A stretch of 64,000 nt of DNA from Antedon mediterranea (lineage: Eukaryota > Animalia > Echinodermata). The notes under the pieces were generated by a model. It ran no database searches. It had not been told where the DNA came from and saw nothing but the letters and a program-made list of their open reading frames with translations. Location of the stretch: contig NC_092676.1 of the NCBI RefSeq assembly GCF_964355755.1, positions 27,298,871 to 27,362,870 on the forward strand, given 5' to 3'. The position numbers were made by a program, and so were the translations under genes. Position 1 is the stretch's first letter. Each line of letters starts with the position of its first letter. Positions 26,754-38,306 of the stretch are shown piece after piece.

Positions 26754-28056
26754 TATTTTTCTTTAACTTTCTAACTGTATACGTCTGTATACAGCTTCTT
26801 TCGTCTGTACCCCGAGTATTGCACATTTGTGCTTGTTCTACTTGTATCATGTGACCATAACTAGACTAGTTATGATACTAATTCAACACAAGCGTACTTC
26901 TTGATATGAAGGCACAACAGCTATTGCTGTTTTGGGTAGACATTTGGGATCCATCATGTGGTGTACGGTATCAAATGTTTACGATATAAAATATACTGTA
27001 CAACTATTCTCGCATCAGCCTTATTTTTGTAAAGTGTATGGGTGATATAGATAATTCATACTCATTTTGTTGTCTTTCATAATAATCTCAAAAAGATGTC
27101 AGACTTGTCCATAATCATTCCAGTGATCTGATTGGTTAATAGTCATTTCTGTCTGTAATGATGCTTTAATGATAATAGTCACGTGTAACATTTCTGTTGT
27201 CAAATCAGGAACTATCACAACTGTAAGATAACATACTGAATAGATTTCTTTACAAATCATTTTATTTATTAAGCTCAGATGTACAAACAAATCATTTCAT
27301 AAAAAATAAATTTACATAAAAACCCCTCTAATTAGATACGACTATTTATAATTGTTAATTTAAATTTATTTATTCAGGTATAATAACACAATTTACAAAA
27401 AGCATACAAAGTCTGAAAATATTGTAGTACAAAGATTGAAACATTAAAAATGATGGATCAAAAGTAGACAAATTCACAGTAAAACTACACATAAAATTTA
27501 AACATACAAAAACAGAATATTAAAAAAACAATTAAATATAACAGTATTACAAGGTTATTTAGATTAGTTTATAAAATGACCCAATAAAGTACAGAGCCCC
27601 CTCTATTTAAATACCGTGGCAATTGCTATTTATCATAAAATAAACACAGATTATTCAAGACCAGGTCATTACAATATGTTATGCTTTACCTTTTATCCTA
27701 ATATAACATTTTATCAAAGTTACATGTGTATATAAAATAAAAAACAGATTATTGATTATTTGTATTATTTAACACATTCATTACTTACAATCTTAAAGAT
27801 TATTTTTTTAATTGTAAGCTTTGTATACGAACCTAATTTGTGTGTAATTTTAAAAAATAAAATAAAACTAAATGTTGTGTTTGATGAAAATACACATTGA
27901 ATGAATAGATTAAGCATTAAAATACATAATTTTTTCAGTAATTATGAATTAGGCAAAAATGGGTTAGATATGTACACAATTTATAATTTGATTTAATAAT
28001 TTGAAAATTTCAGTTTATATAGGAAATACTTTATATAATTAATTAATTTCTTGCTT

Positions 28057-29751
28057 TTAATAATAAAATATTTTGATTGTGTTGTAACCCCAATTTACTA
28101 CAGCAACCATACATGGGTTATGAGAAATGATACATAACTGACTTGGCCAACTAATTCCATCTTTTTGTTGATCAATTCTTTTGATAAAATATCCATCACT
28201 ACTGAATAGTTGTAGTATGTATTCACTTGCTACAATGATGTTATCATGCTCATCAACTACAGCTCCATCTGGGTACATCACCTTACCATCTTCATCTCCT
28301 CCATTGATGAGTACTTTCAGTGACTTGTCCTTGTCATCATACAATAATACTTGATGCTGTCCTTTATCTACTACAAGTACTTTACCAGTTTTTGTAAGTG
28401 CAACATCAGAGTATCGACTATAACGTCCTTCCTTTTGTGTTCCTATCTTCTTCAACAGCTTACCACTATTAATGTCAAACACGTACACACGTACCCAATC
28501 TGCTACATATATAACATTAGTTGCCTCATCTATGTGAATACCCCATGGATTCATCAATACACCCTTACCAATGGATTTAATCACATGACCATTCATATCA
28601 CATATTTGAATGCATTCATTACCAACATCACTGAATGCTATGTTGCCATTCTTCATTCTGTACATTCTGTTAACCATCACACCTTCTGGTAGTGTAATCC
28701 TGCTTATACATTCTCCTGCTTGGTTGTACTTGGGAATTTCATTTGTGTTAAATGAAACCAGCAAGCAATCATCATCACACTTTACTACTCCTGTAGGATT
28801 ACCCTTTACTTCGATAGGAGGTGATTTGAATACAACATTACCAATTTCATTTTCTTTCAATAAATCAATTGGATGTTGGTATCTGATAAAGTTAATTTGT
28901 CTAGTTGTACTGACTTGTTTGATTTCTTCAGATTTATTCATTTCATCCATCATTTTGTTTAATACAATCTCACTTGATTTCATAGCAGTTGCTGTCTCAC
29001 TCTTTAGTAACTGATTTAAGGAGCTCATATTTGTGTTTAATTCAGCGTTGATTTTTGTTAATTTTGTAATTTGTAAGTCATTAACTTTCTTTTCATTTTC
29101 ATAATTTGCTTCAACTTTTTTCTTCATTTCATCTGCTTTTTTCTGGATTATTAAAAACATTTCTTGAACTTGGTTATCAATATCTGTGAGGCTTGCATCT
29201 TTACTTTCTTCTAGTTCTTTAGCATTCTTTGTGACTATTTTGAGTACATTTTCTATTTTTCGTATCGATTCATTGGCAGCTTTCTTTAAGTCTTCTGAGG
29301 TTTCCTTAAACGTATTAAATGCTGTAACAATGTTAATTAGTTCATGTTTTCCATCTCCTGCAGCATGTTCCATTTCAGTGCATTCTATGCATATTGGTAC
29401 TTTACATTTTGTACAATACATTTTCAATGGTTGAGCATGAGAGGGGCACAGAAAGGCAGTGCCTTTAGCATCATCCTTCTTTTCATGTTGTTTGATGGTT
29501 TCCAAGAGGTTGTTAAGAATTGTATTTGGGGCAAGTTTTTCAAGCCCTCCTACTGGAATAGGATACTCTTTGCGACAAATAGGGCATGTTAGCTGTCCAC
29601 AATTGGTTTGAACCCAATTTTCCAAACACTTCAGACAGAAACTATGAAGGCAGCTAAGTGATTTTGGGTCTTCTAATCGTCCATTACAGATAGAACATTC
29701 TAGTACTTTCTCATCTATATCCCCAATTATACTTGTATTCTTACTAGCCAT
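28057..29751 (-). CDS. TRIM-NHL E3 ubiquitin ligase copy 2 (TRIM2/3/56/71-like architecture), intact, 564 aa
   Basis: Uninterrupted ORF from the ATG after a ttgcag acceptor. It has a C3HC4 RING, B-box2 (CPSH..YCTKCKVPICIEC..H..H), a coiled-coil and NHL repeats (PWGIHID, IYVAD, VLVVD). Confidence 0.93.
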   Translation of the reverse strand: MASKNTSIIGDIDEKVLECSICNGRLEDPKSLSCLHSFCLKCLENWVQTNCGQLTCPICRKEYPIPVGGLEKLAPNTILNNLLETIKQHEKKDDAKGTAFLCPSHAQPLKMYCTKCKVPICIECTEMEHAAGDGKHELINIVTAFNTFKETSEDLKKAANESIRKIENVLKIVTKNAKELEESKDASLTDIDNQVQEMFLIIQKKADEMKKKVEANYENEKKVNDLQITKLTKINAELNTNMSSLNQLLKSETATAMKSSEIVLNKMMDEMNKSEEIKQVSTTRQINFIRYQHPIDLLKENEIGNVVFKSPPIEVKGNPTGVVKCDDDCLLVSFNTNEIPKYNQAGECISRITLPEGVMVNRMYRMKNGNIAFSDVGNECIQICDMNGHVIKSIGKGVLMNPWGIHIDEATNVIYVADWVRVYVFDINSGKLLKKIGTQKEGRYSRYSDVALTKTGKVLVVDKGQHQVLLYDDKDKSLKVLINGGDEDGKVMYPDGAVVDEHDNIIVASEYILQLFSSDGYFIKRIDQQKDGISWPSQLCIISHNPCMVAVVNWGYNTIKIFYY

Positions 29752-31209
29752 CCTGCAATAGCATAAATTATTCAAACTAATAGGGAAGATAATAATGGTT
29801 TTAGCTATACTAGAAAACTATATTTGCTAAGAATAGTTGCAGTCTATCTTTATTGTTGATATTCATTTATTTAGGTAAAATTTCCAACATCAAATTCATC
29901 TACATTCTTATAAATTATTTCTTTTAATGGAGTTAGATTGGTTTTGAACCCTTTGAAATAGTCCAACACAAAGTTGCTTAACATATAAATAAATTATAAT
30001 TTAAAACTGCCAAAGACCTATATTATTGTAAATAATAAATATAAAGTCACCTTTTGATAAATGGTTGTACTTAAGATTTTTACATGCTGACGTGGTTGTT
30101 GAAAAGTAAGAAAGATTCCAATAGGTGCTGACGTGGTCGTTGAAAAGTAAGAAATATTCCAATAGGTGCTGACGTGGTCGTTCCAAAATTACTAGTAAGG
30201 GAGTTTTGCAATCACGGGACCTGATATTTAGTAAGTGCTATCGGTAAAAGTTAAAATTTAACAACCTGAACAAATATTACACATTGAAATTGTATTTGCT
30301 ATATAAAACAAATCACTGATTTATCTATTCATTGTTTACCAATGTACAGACCTAGTAAGGGAGTTTTGCAATCATGGGACCTGATATTTAGTAAGTTCAA
30401 GTTCAAAAGTCAAGTAAAATCTATCGGTAAAAGTTAAAATTTAACAACCTCAACAAATATTATGCATTGAAATTGTATTTGCTATCAAACAACATAATCA
30501 CTGATTTATCTATTCAATGTTTACCAATGTACAGACCTAGTATAGACTCACCAAAAAGGCAGCAGGGTTTTTCCAACCATTCTGATTTTCGTTATTACAT
30601 AATTATTCCTTATCAAATTGCGTAGGTTTACATGTCATTTATTGACACAAAGTTCAATGTTAAGGTGAAATTATCCTGTAAAGTAGTATCCTGTCATCTC
30701 TTATAAATATGTTGATATTTATATATTAATAATGTATGTGTATATGTATAGCAAAATATAGAGTATTCTACATGAAATGATAACCTTTTAAAATTAATAT
30801 TTACAGTATTTTCACACTTTGCATCATTTTTGTTAATACGTTTAAAATTATTAATTATTGTGTCACAGTTCAAGTTGTGTGATCGTTGTATCTTAATGTA
30901 TGATACATGTGTCATATCAATATCATGTTACATCCAGGGACCAAACATTCATATTTATTTTTCAGGTGAAAATCAGCAATTCATTTGCAACTTTTAGAAA
31001 TTTACCGAATGTACCGAAACAAAAAAGGGAGCACTGAGGAGAGACAAGAGGTGTCAAAGACAACTATCGCCATCTAGAGTGGAAACATATAGCAGAAATT
31101 ACTGATCAGGTGGGTGTCTAGAAATTTCTAGCTAATACTACTTATTTTAAACAATTTTTGTATTTTATAAAATTACAATGTATCAATAACATGCCGTAAA
31201 ATTGTTATT

Positions 31210-31412
31210 TTGGTGTGAGCAACTTCAAAGAATCTACAAAACATTCTCTTGACCAAACACATCAGATTGAAATGTTACTTGACTGCTGCCCTCTTATGAC
31301 TGCTGTAGAATCTGTCCGTATTATATTTCCACGTGAGAAACTGTCCGCAATGAGTAGAGCAAGGAAAGGCGATTACACCTGGGCAAGGATTATGAGTTCT
31401 ATAAAGGTAAAT
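31210..31412 (+). pseudogene. Second duplicated MDN1 exon relic
   Basis: ORF 31215-31445 contains QIEMLLDCCPLM..VESVRI.FPR.KLSAMSRARKGDYTWARIMSSIK, matching ORF 8131-8466. Confidence 0.9.
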
Positions 31413-31889
31413 AATTTAAAGATGTATTGTCACCCAAAATCATGAAAAATAAAAATGTATAAAATCAGACTTTGAATAGGCCATTTTGCAGTTATAATGA
31501 AAACAATTAAAATAATGATTTCACTTATAAAAAAACAAAATAAACAGTCAAATTTAACAAAAAAAATATTGTTTGCTTTAAATTACAGTTTTTTCAGGTA
31601 AATTTTATTCAATTTTTGGTCAAAGTGAATAACTATTATGTGACATTAAAATGACATATTCAACAACAAAAAATATTTTTTTCAGGAGGACAATATATCT
31701 TTAAATGACATTTTTGCACTTCAATAACATACAAACTTTATTTATAGAGTTGAGATAATTTTACTAATGATCGTAAAATTAAAACGTGAAGTTCTATTCC
31801 TTGTTATTTCACAATATACCGCTGCCACCATTTAATGATTGCCGGACACGTTTTAATGATTATTTTAACTTTAAATGTATAACTATTAA

Positions 31890-32741
31890 CAAAGAATATA
31901 TATCACAAGAATGAGTAATCCGCGATTTTCCCTGTAACAGTAATATTGTCCATGTGGTAGGGCGCCGCCATAAGTGTGGATGTATCTGGGATGTATACAA
32001 CTTTTTGTGACGGTTTCACTAATCAAAGGCTGGACCACCGGTAGTAGTTTCATGATAAAAAATGTTATCAACTACATGCCAACATCATGTTAAATACTAT
32101 TTGGATATTTAATTGTTCGTTTTATGCAATTTATTTAGTAAAAACTGCCGTATAAACAGTTTGCTTTATCAACCGGGCGCTACGATAGCGTGACCGGGCG
32201 TGTTGCTGTTTACTCGTTTTCACGAAGGATAGTTTAATAATATTCCTATATTTAACTTGTTTCTGGTAAAACAAATAAATGTTAATGACATTTAACATTT
32301 TGTCCTATTAATAACATGTATTTTATACTAATTTATATCATAAAAACAATACTTAATTTACCGGGCGTAGAGTAGTACACGGCAATGGTAAAGAATAGGC
32401 CGTGCTGAGTAACGATTCGTTGATTTTGGTGTTGCTGTGTTAGGCCTTTTTTGTGAACTAACTTTTAGCATGTTAGTAAATAATTGTCTGTAAAGTGAAT
32501 GTACACTAGTTTGTTAATAAATATGTATTATATATGCATTATAAAATAGTTTACAATTGCAAAATATATTATTATAATTCTATTTAATGTGACATGTATA
32601 ATATCTATTAAATCAAGTCTTATTTAGTATGTATACATACATCCGCCCTTATGAGGGCGGGCATCACTCACTGGAGCTCTCTGTTACAAATTTCTCATGC
32701 AAAAATCGCGGAATACTCATTCTTGTGATATATATTCTTTG
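31890..32741. mobile_element. Non-autonomous P-element-superfamily transposon, 852 bp
   Basis: About 40-bp TIRs CAAAGAATATATATCACAAGAATGAGTA.TCCGCGATTTT and a 7-bp TSD CTATTAA (31883-31889 and 32742-32748). The empty site is visible in the paralog at about 22198. Confidence 0.88.
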
Positions 32742-33676
32742 CTATTAATCGGTATTATTATTCAACATGGCGTTGTATTAGAACTGCCGTTAATGCGCAG
32801 TAGCGTTCCTATGGTTATATAGTTGGGGGCAGCATACACATATTATGATATTACTACAGGGTTCACAATTGAGAAATTTCAAGCCAACAGCAACCTTGAA
32901 CCTTGACATGTATGCTACAGTTTGGTTTTGGAACGTGGATCAGTTGACATTGCGTTGCATTTCATATGAACCGCAAAAAATGTTTAAAAAATAGGGTTAA
33001 AAGCCATGTGGATTTTGCTCCATAGTCCACATATGTATTGATGCCATCCGCGACACTATACTCTATATCTGGCCCTCTAGATTATTTGTAAATTACAATC
33101 TGGCCCACAGTATAACCACTGGTATACATATAAACATAAATGGCTTAGCAGGCCCATACAACTTAAAGAAACAAAAAACAAAATTACTATCATTGTTATT
33201 TAAGTTTAATTTAATATGCATTTTAGCTATACAATATATTTAAAGATGATGTTTCAATCAATTATAAAATGTATAACATACTTAGACTATATTTTTTTAA
33301 TTAGTATGCACAAATTAAAATTGTAGGCCAATGTATTGAAATTTCTAAATGTATATTACTCATAAATTACAAATAATAGACTTATCATATACAAACATAT
33401 GTAGAATAAACAATAAATTTAATTTATTTGATTTATAAAATATGTAATTTATAAACAAAAATGACCCACGAAAAATCGAAATCAAATATTGTTTTAAATT
33501 ACTAGATAAAATGTAGGCCTAATTGTTAGAATTACTAAATATACAGTACTCATCAATTGCCTACAGCAGATCACACTCCAAAATTCGTAGAACAAACGAT
33601 AATTTAATTGATGGGATTAAATAATCCTAAATATTAAAAAAAATTATTATTTTATACAAAGTAAGAGCCTTTAACT

Positions 33677-34462
33677 TTAATAAGTAAAAGTTGTTAGTGT
33701 GTTGTCAAAGTAATTACCTACAACAAGGATACATGGGTTATTTGAAGTAATACATAATTGAGTTGGATAAATTATCCTGTCCCGTCCAATCCTAATCCCA
33801 GCTTCAGTAATTTTTTAAATAAAACGTCCATCATTACTGAATAGTTGTACCTTGTCTTTACTTGCTACGATGATGTTGTCATCCTCATCAACTACAACAC
33901 CCCATGGCTGTATCACTTTACCATCTTCATCTCCTTCATTGATGAATACTTTCAGTGACTGGTCCTTGTCATCATACAATAATACTTGGTGGTTTCCTTC
34001 ATCTGCTATAAGTACTTTACCAGTTTTTGTAAGTGTAACATCAATATATCCAAGTTCTTTAGTAGTTGGTTCTATCTTCTTCAACTGCTTACCACTATTA
34101 ATGTCAAACAACACACATCCATTTCTCCAATCTGCTACATATATAACATTAGTCGACTCATCTGTGTGAATACCACATGGATCCATCAATACACCCTTAC
34201 CAATGGATTTGATCACATGACCATTCGTATCACATACTTGAATGCATTTATTAAGCTTATCACTGAATGCTATGTTGCCATTCTTCATTCTGTACATTCT
34301 GTAAACAATCACATCTTCTGGTAGTGTAATCTTGCTTATACATTCTCCTGATTGTTTGTACTTGTAAATTTCATGTGTGGAAAAGGAAACCAGCAAGCAA
34401 TCATCCTCACATTTTACTATTCCTCTTGCTTTACCCACTACATTGAAATTGTTGCTAGCCAT
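33677..34462 (-). pseudogene. TRIM-NHL copy 3: NHL-only derivative (RING, B-box and coiled-coil deleted in frame) with an in-frame TAA at 33815-33817
   Basis: MASNNFNV is fused directly to VGKARGIVKCEDDCLLVSF. After the TAA the same frame continues KITEAG...YPTQLCITSNNPCILVVGNYFDNTLTTFTY* to 33677. Confidence 0.82.
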
Positions 34463-35108
34463 CCTGCAAGAGTAAATTACAAAAATATATTTATGTTTGT
34501 AAAGAATACACAAAAAAATGTTAGGAAAGTATTTAAATTTTGTACAAAAATTAAACAGAAATACAAAATTGTCATAAGTATAGTACTGATTATGGTAATG
34601 GTTTTAAAATATAAACAGTACTTGGTATGATTAACTAGTGATCCTGCTCTCTGCAGTACATCCATTCATCATAGAAGTACTGACTAGTGGTGACTATAAA
34701 ATGACTACAACATTAAACAATGTTTTTATAGTGAATTAATATTATTATTATTTGTGATGTACTTTTAGAAAATTTGAAAAAGATTTTAGTAAAGCAAAAT
34801 ATTTATAAATTGTTTAGTTCTAATTTGTTTTAAAGCAGAATTAAAAAAGATATATTATAATTAATAAGTTACCTTGATAATATTGTATTCAGAATCTTTC
34901 CTAATAGTACGTGTTGACGAGGTCGTTGCAAAATGAAAAGTAACTGCAAGTTCTCCAATCGACTTTATATTTAGTATGGGTAATTGATCAATTTTTACAA
35001 TCTCAACATAATTTACCAAATTATATTTGCTGTAAACAATTTAATCAGTTGATTATGTTTACCAGTGTACCGACAAAGTAAAGTATTTCCCCCTATTCTA
35101 ATTTTGGT

Positions 35109-35442
35109 CTCCCTCCAATTAAAGACCACTTTACTGCGACCCTGAATAATTGCCTATCATATCCATTTGCCGCTCCCTCCAATTAAAGACCACTTTAGTG
35201 CGGCCCTAGATAATTACCTATCATCCATTTGCTGCTCCCTCCAATTAAAGACCACTTTACTGCGGCCCTGGATAATTACCTATCATATCCATTTGCCACT
35301 CCCTCCAATTAAAGACCACTTTACTGCGGCCCTGGACAATTACCTATCATATCCATTTGCTGCTCCCTCTAATTAAAGACCACTTTACTGCGGCCCTGGA
35401 TAATTACCTATCATATCCATTTGCCGCTCCCTCCAATTTAAG
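35109..35442. repeat. 64-bp tandem repeat, about 5 copies
   Basis: CCCTCCAATTAAAGACCACTTTACTGCGGCCCTGGATAATTACCTATCATATCCATTTGCCGCT starts at 35111, 35175, 35237, 35301, 35365 and 35429. Confidence 0.93.
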
Positions 35443-37645
35443 ATTCTCTCTAATTAATTCAAGTTTGCTTGGACTCAACTAAACATTTTCTCTCCAAAGA
35501 CCACTTTAAAATAAACTTTTAAAATGGATGCATATTTTGAATAATGTTTTTTGTGTATAATGAGCTGTGTATGACTACGGGTTATTCAACAATTAGCAGA
35601 TGTATATTATTTTCTATGGTATTCTTAAATAAAAGAAAACATTTTAATTCAATTTTCTTCTTATAACATCCATTTATTTTATAGATTGTCTCTGGTTTCA
35701 CATCTGGAACCAAGGGTACAGTAAAACCACCATTTGTCTGGACATTCTTATTATAGGTGGTTCAATTCTAAAAAAAGTGGCAAAAATCCGCTAGTTAGGC
35801 CTATTAATTACCATTGTTTCCACTGTCTCTAGTTTGAAAAGTGAACATCAGGAAAAAGGAGGTTTGTTCAAACCTTTGAATCCACCCCTGGCTACAGGCT
35901 TTTGTGTCACAGTTCAAATGATGGGTGGTCTTTCATGTATCATTGATGTATACTGTCTATGGCAATCTCAGGAGACCTAAAGCAGTAAAATCTTATTGGT
36001 TATAAAATTTAATCACTGATTTGATCTTCTGAAGTGTCCATTTACTGACCAAACTAATTCCAGACCACAAAAATAGCCATTAGGCCAATTTTGGTTTACG
36101 ATGTACCTTATCATTTGGCCGACACAGCATTTTATGGATTGATAATCACAATGTCAATGTTTAGATGAATTTGCTCTAAACTCTGAAAACATCACCTGAT
36201 GCTGCTTTGGTCAAGTGAACTGGACACGCCTTTATTTGTTAGATTTGAACCGGACACGCCTTTATTTGTTAGATTTCCTTGAGGGGGAGAACGTATAGAT
36301 CTGCTGTAAATTTCTTTCTTTGAAAAACTTATGCATACTGTAGTTTATGTCAAGTGTACAGGGTTGATCCAAGATTTTTAATATAATTCAATATATTCCA
36401 AGTGCTTTGACCATTTTAACATTTTATAATATTTGAATCAGAAATAGTATAATAGTACAATTTTAGCTGTCAACAAGAGGAGTGTGTGCATCAGCGCTAC
36501 CCTCTGGATTCACGCCTTGTGTAATATACTATAAACAAAAGGACAATTAATGCTTTATGTACAGCTATAAGACTAGATCATATTCTTGTCTACTCAATAT
36601 AGTAAAATTTAGTAGACCAGTATTTGTGAATAAAATCTACTAGATCGCTTTAGGTATTACGCATTACATATCAAGATTCTTGCAAATATAGAACTACATT
36701 TACACTTCTCAAGAAATGGAAGACCACACCATTAATACATTTTTTTTTAAATTTTACAAAGTGGTGCCCTTCTTTGAAAATGAAAACTAATGTGAATGCT
36801 TGTAGTACAGGTAATTTTATATATCATGATTAAAATGCATAGGTATAAACTTATGTTTCTCAAGAAACTCAACAGTTCTTTTCAGAACTAATACACGTGG
36901 TGTACCGCAAACTCAACATTTGATTTCGCCATGCAAACCTTCAAACAATAAACACTTATGTTATTACCTATCAAAAAATTTGTTACCAAGACAAGTATAC
37001 CCATAGTGTATCTGTCTTTAGTACACCAAAAACACACTTCTTATACTGCTTGGGGTAATTACAGATGTAGTAATTAAGTTCAGAATTGAATTGAATTGAG
37101 TATATGTAACAACAGCTACCAGTACAGTTGCTTTTTCACATGGTCCTTTGATAACCCAGTTGCTTGAACAGAGATAGTTGCCTTTCTTGCAACAACCACA
37201 CCACTTTATTTCTTATGGCTACATCACTAAACAATCTTTAGAAAATGTCATTTAATTAGTACCTTTCTCACAAAATGGAAAAGGTGGAGACTCGGGTTAA
37301 ATTGTATAGGCCTATAGTAAACTATACCTGCTGCTGCAAATTACCCAACATCTCAATCTCTTCCAGATCAATTTTACGGTGCTGAGCAGATGTGGAAAGC
37401 AGCTGAACAACTTGAAAAATACAAGAAAAGAGTAGAAAAAAAGGAAGAGGTAAGATTGGATTAAAGAATAAGCACAGGCTAAATTGACATGGATTGAAGA
37501 AGATGAGGGCGTCATTTGTATATGATGAAATTATACCCACTAATAGCTATTTACTCAGATACCTATACACTATATTAATTTACACTCTCCTTATTTACAT
37601 TTACACTAATATCTATTTAAACTATAGCTGGAATGTTTGCACTTA

Positions 37646-37731
37646 GCTATGTTGCCATTCTTCATTCTGTACATTCTATAAACCATAACACTTTCTGGTA
37701 GTGTAATCTTGCTTATACTTTCTCCTGATTC
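37646..37731 (-). pseudogene. About 85-bp isolated TRIM-NHL fragment
   Basis: Encodes SGESISKITLPESVMVYRMYRMKNGNIA, matching blade 1-2 of the paralogs. Confidence 0.75.
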
Positions 37732-38254
37732 ATTTTACTGAATATCAAATTGTATAAAATGGTATTAAAATCTATATTAAAATATATTGCACTATTTAAA
37801 ATTATGATTACCACCATTAAACCTAAAAAAAAAACTTGTTGAAAAGTAGATCACTTTCAAGCAGTTGCATTTGTCCTAACCTCATCTTGGATTTTTATTT
37901 GAACAAAAATATATTTACAAATGATAATTTATTATATTATGAATTGTGATGTTGGTGCTAATAAAGCTGTAAATTGAGTTTTAATTTAAAGCCTTTATTT
38001 TAAAATTAAACTGTAACCAAAGCATTATGACCAGATCACCAGACCAGATAATGCAAATAAGATGGATGGAATAAGATTTGTCAAATCATCATAATTTTGT
38101 GCACTTTTTTTTTCTCTATTTTCAGTACTGTAACATTATTTGATGCTCACACCAGATTTTAAATTTTCTGTTTCTGGGTAAAATGTGACAATTTTTTTCT
38201 TGTGTAAAAAAAACTGACTTGAAATTGAGATATACATTATTATATTATACAATA

Positions 38255-38306
38255 TATTGCACCTGAAGATTGAGTTCATACTCATGAAACAGCCTGTAGT
38301 GCAATA
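38255..38306 (+). ncRNA. Minimal type I hammerhead ribozyme (Penelope-like/retrozyme terminus)
   Basis: Stem I TATTGCAC/GTGCAATA, core CTGAAGA, stem II TGAG/CTCA, GAAA, short stem III ACAG/CTGT and a GTA cleavage triplet. Confidence 0.78.

Larger units (their letters stand above)
26123..26837 (+). mobile_element. Helentron-associated (HINE/DINE-1-like) non-autonomous element containing two tRNA-Val-like sequences
   Basis: Starts in a T-run. Subterminal inverted repeats are TACTCGGGGTAC (26127) and GTACCCCGAGTA (26807). A 3' hairpin GCACATTTGTGC is followed by TTGTT. No TSD. Absent from paralogous sites at about 39025 and 56780. Confidence 0.8.
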
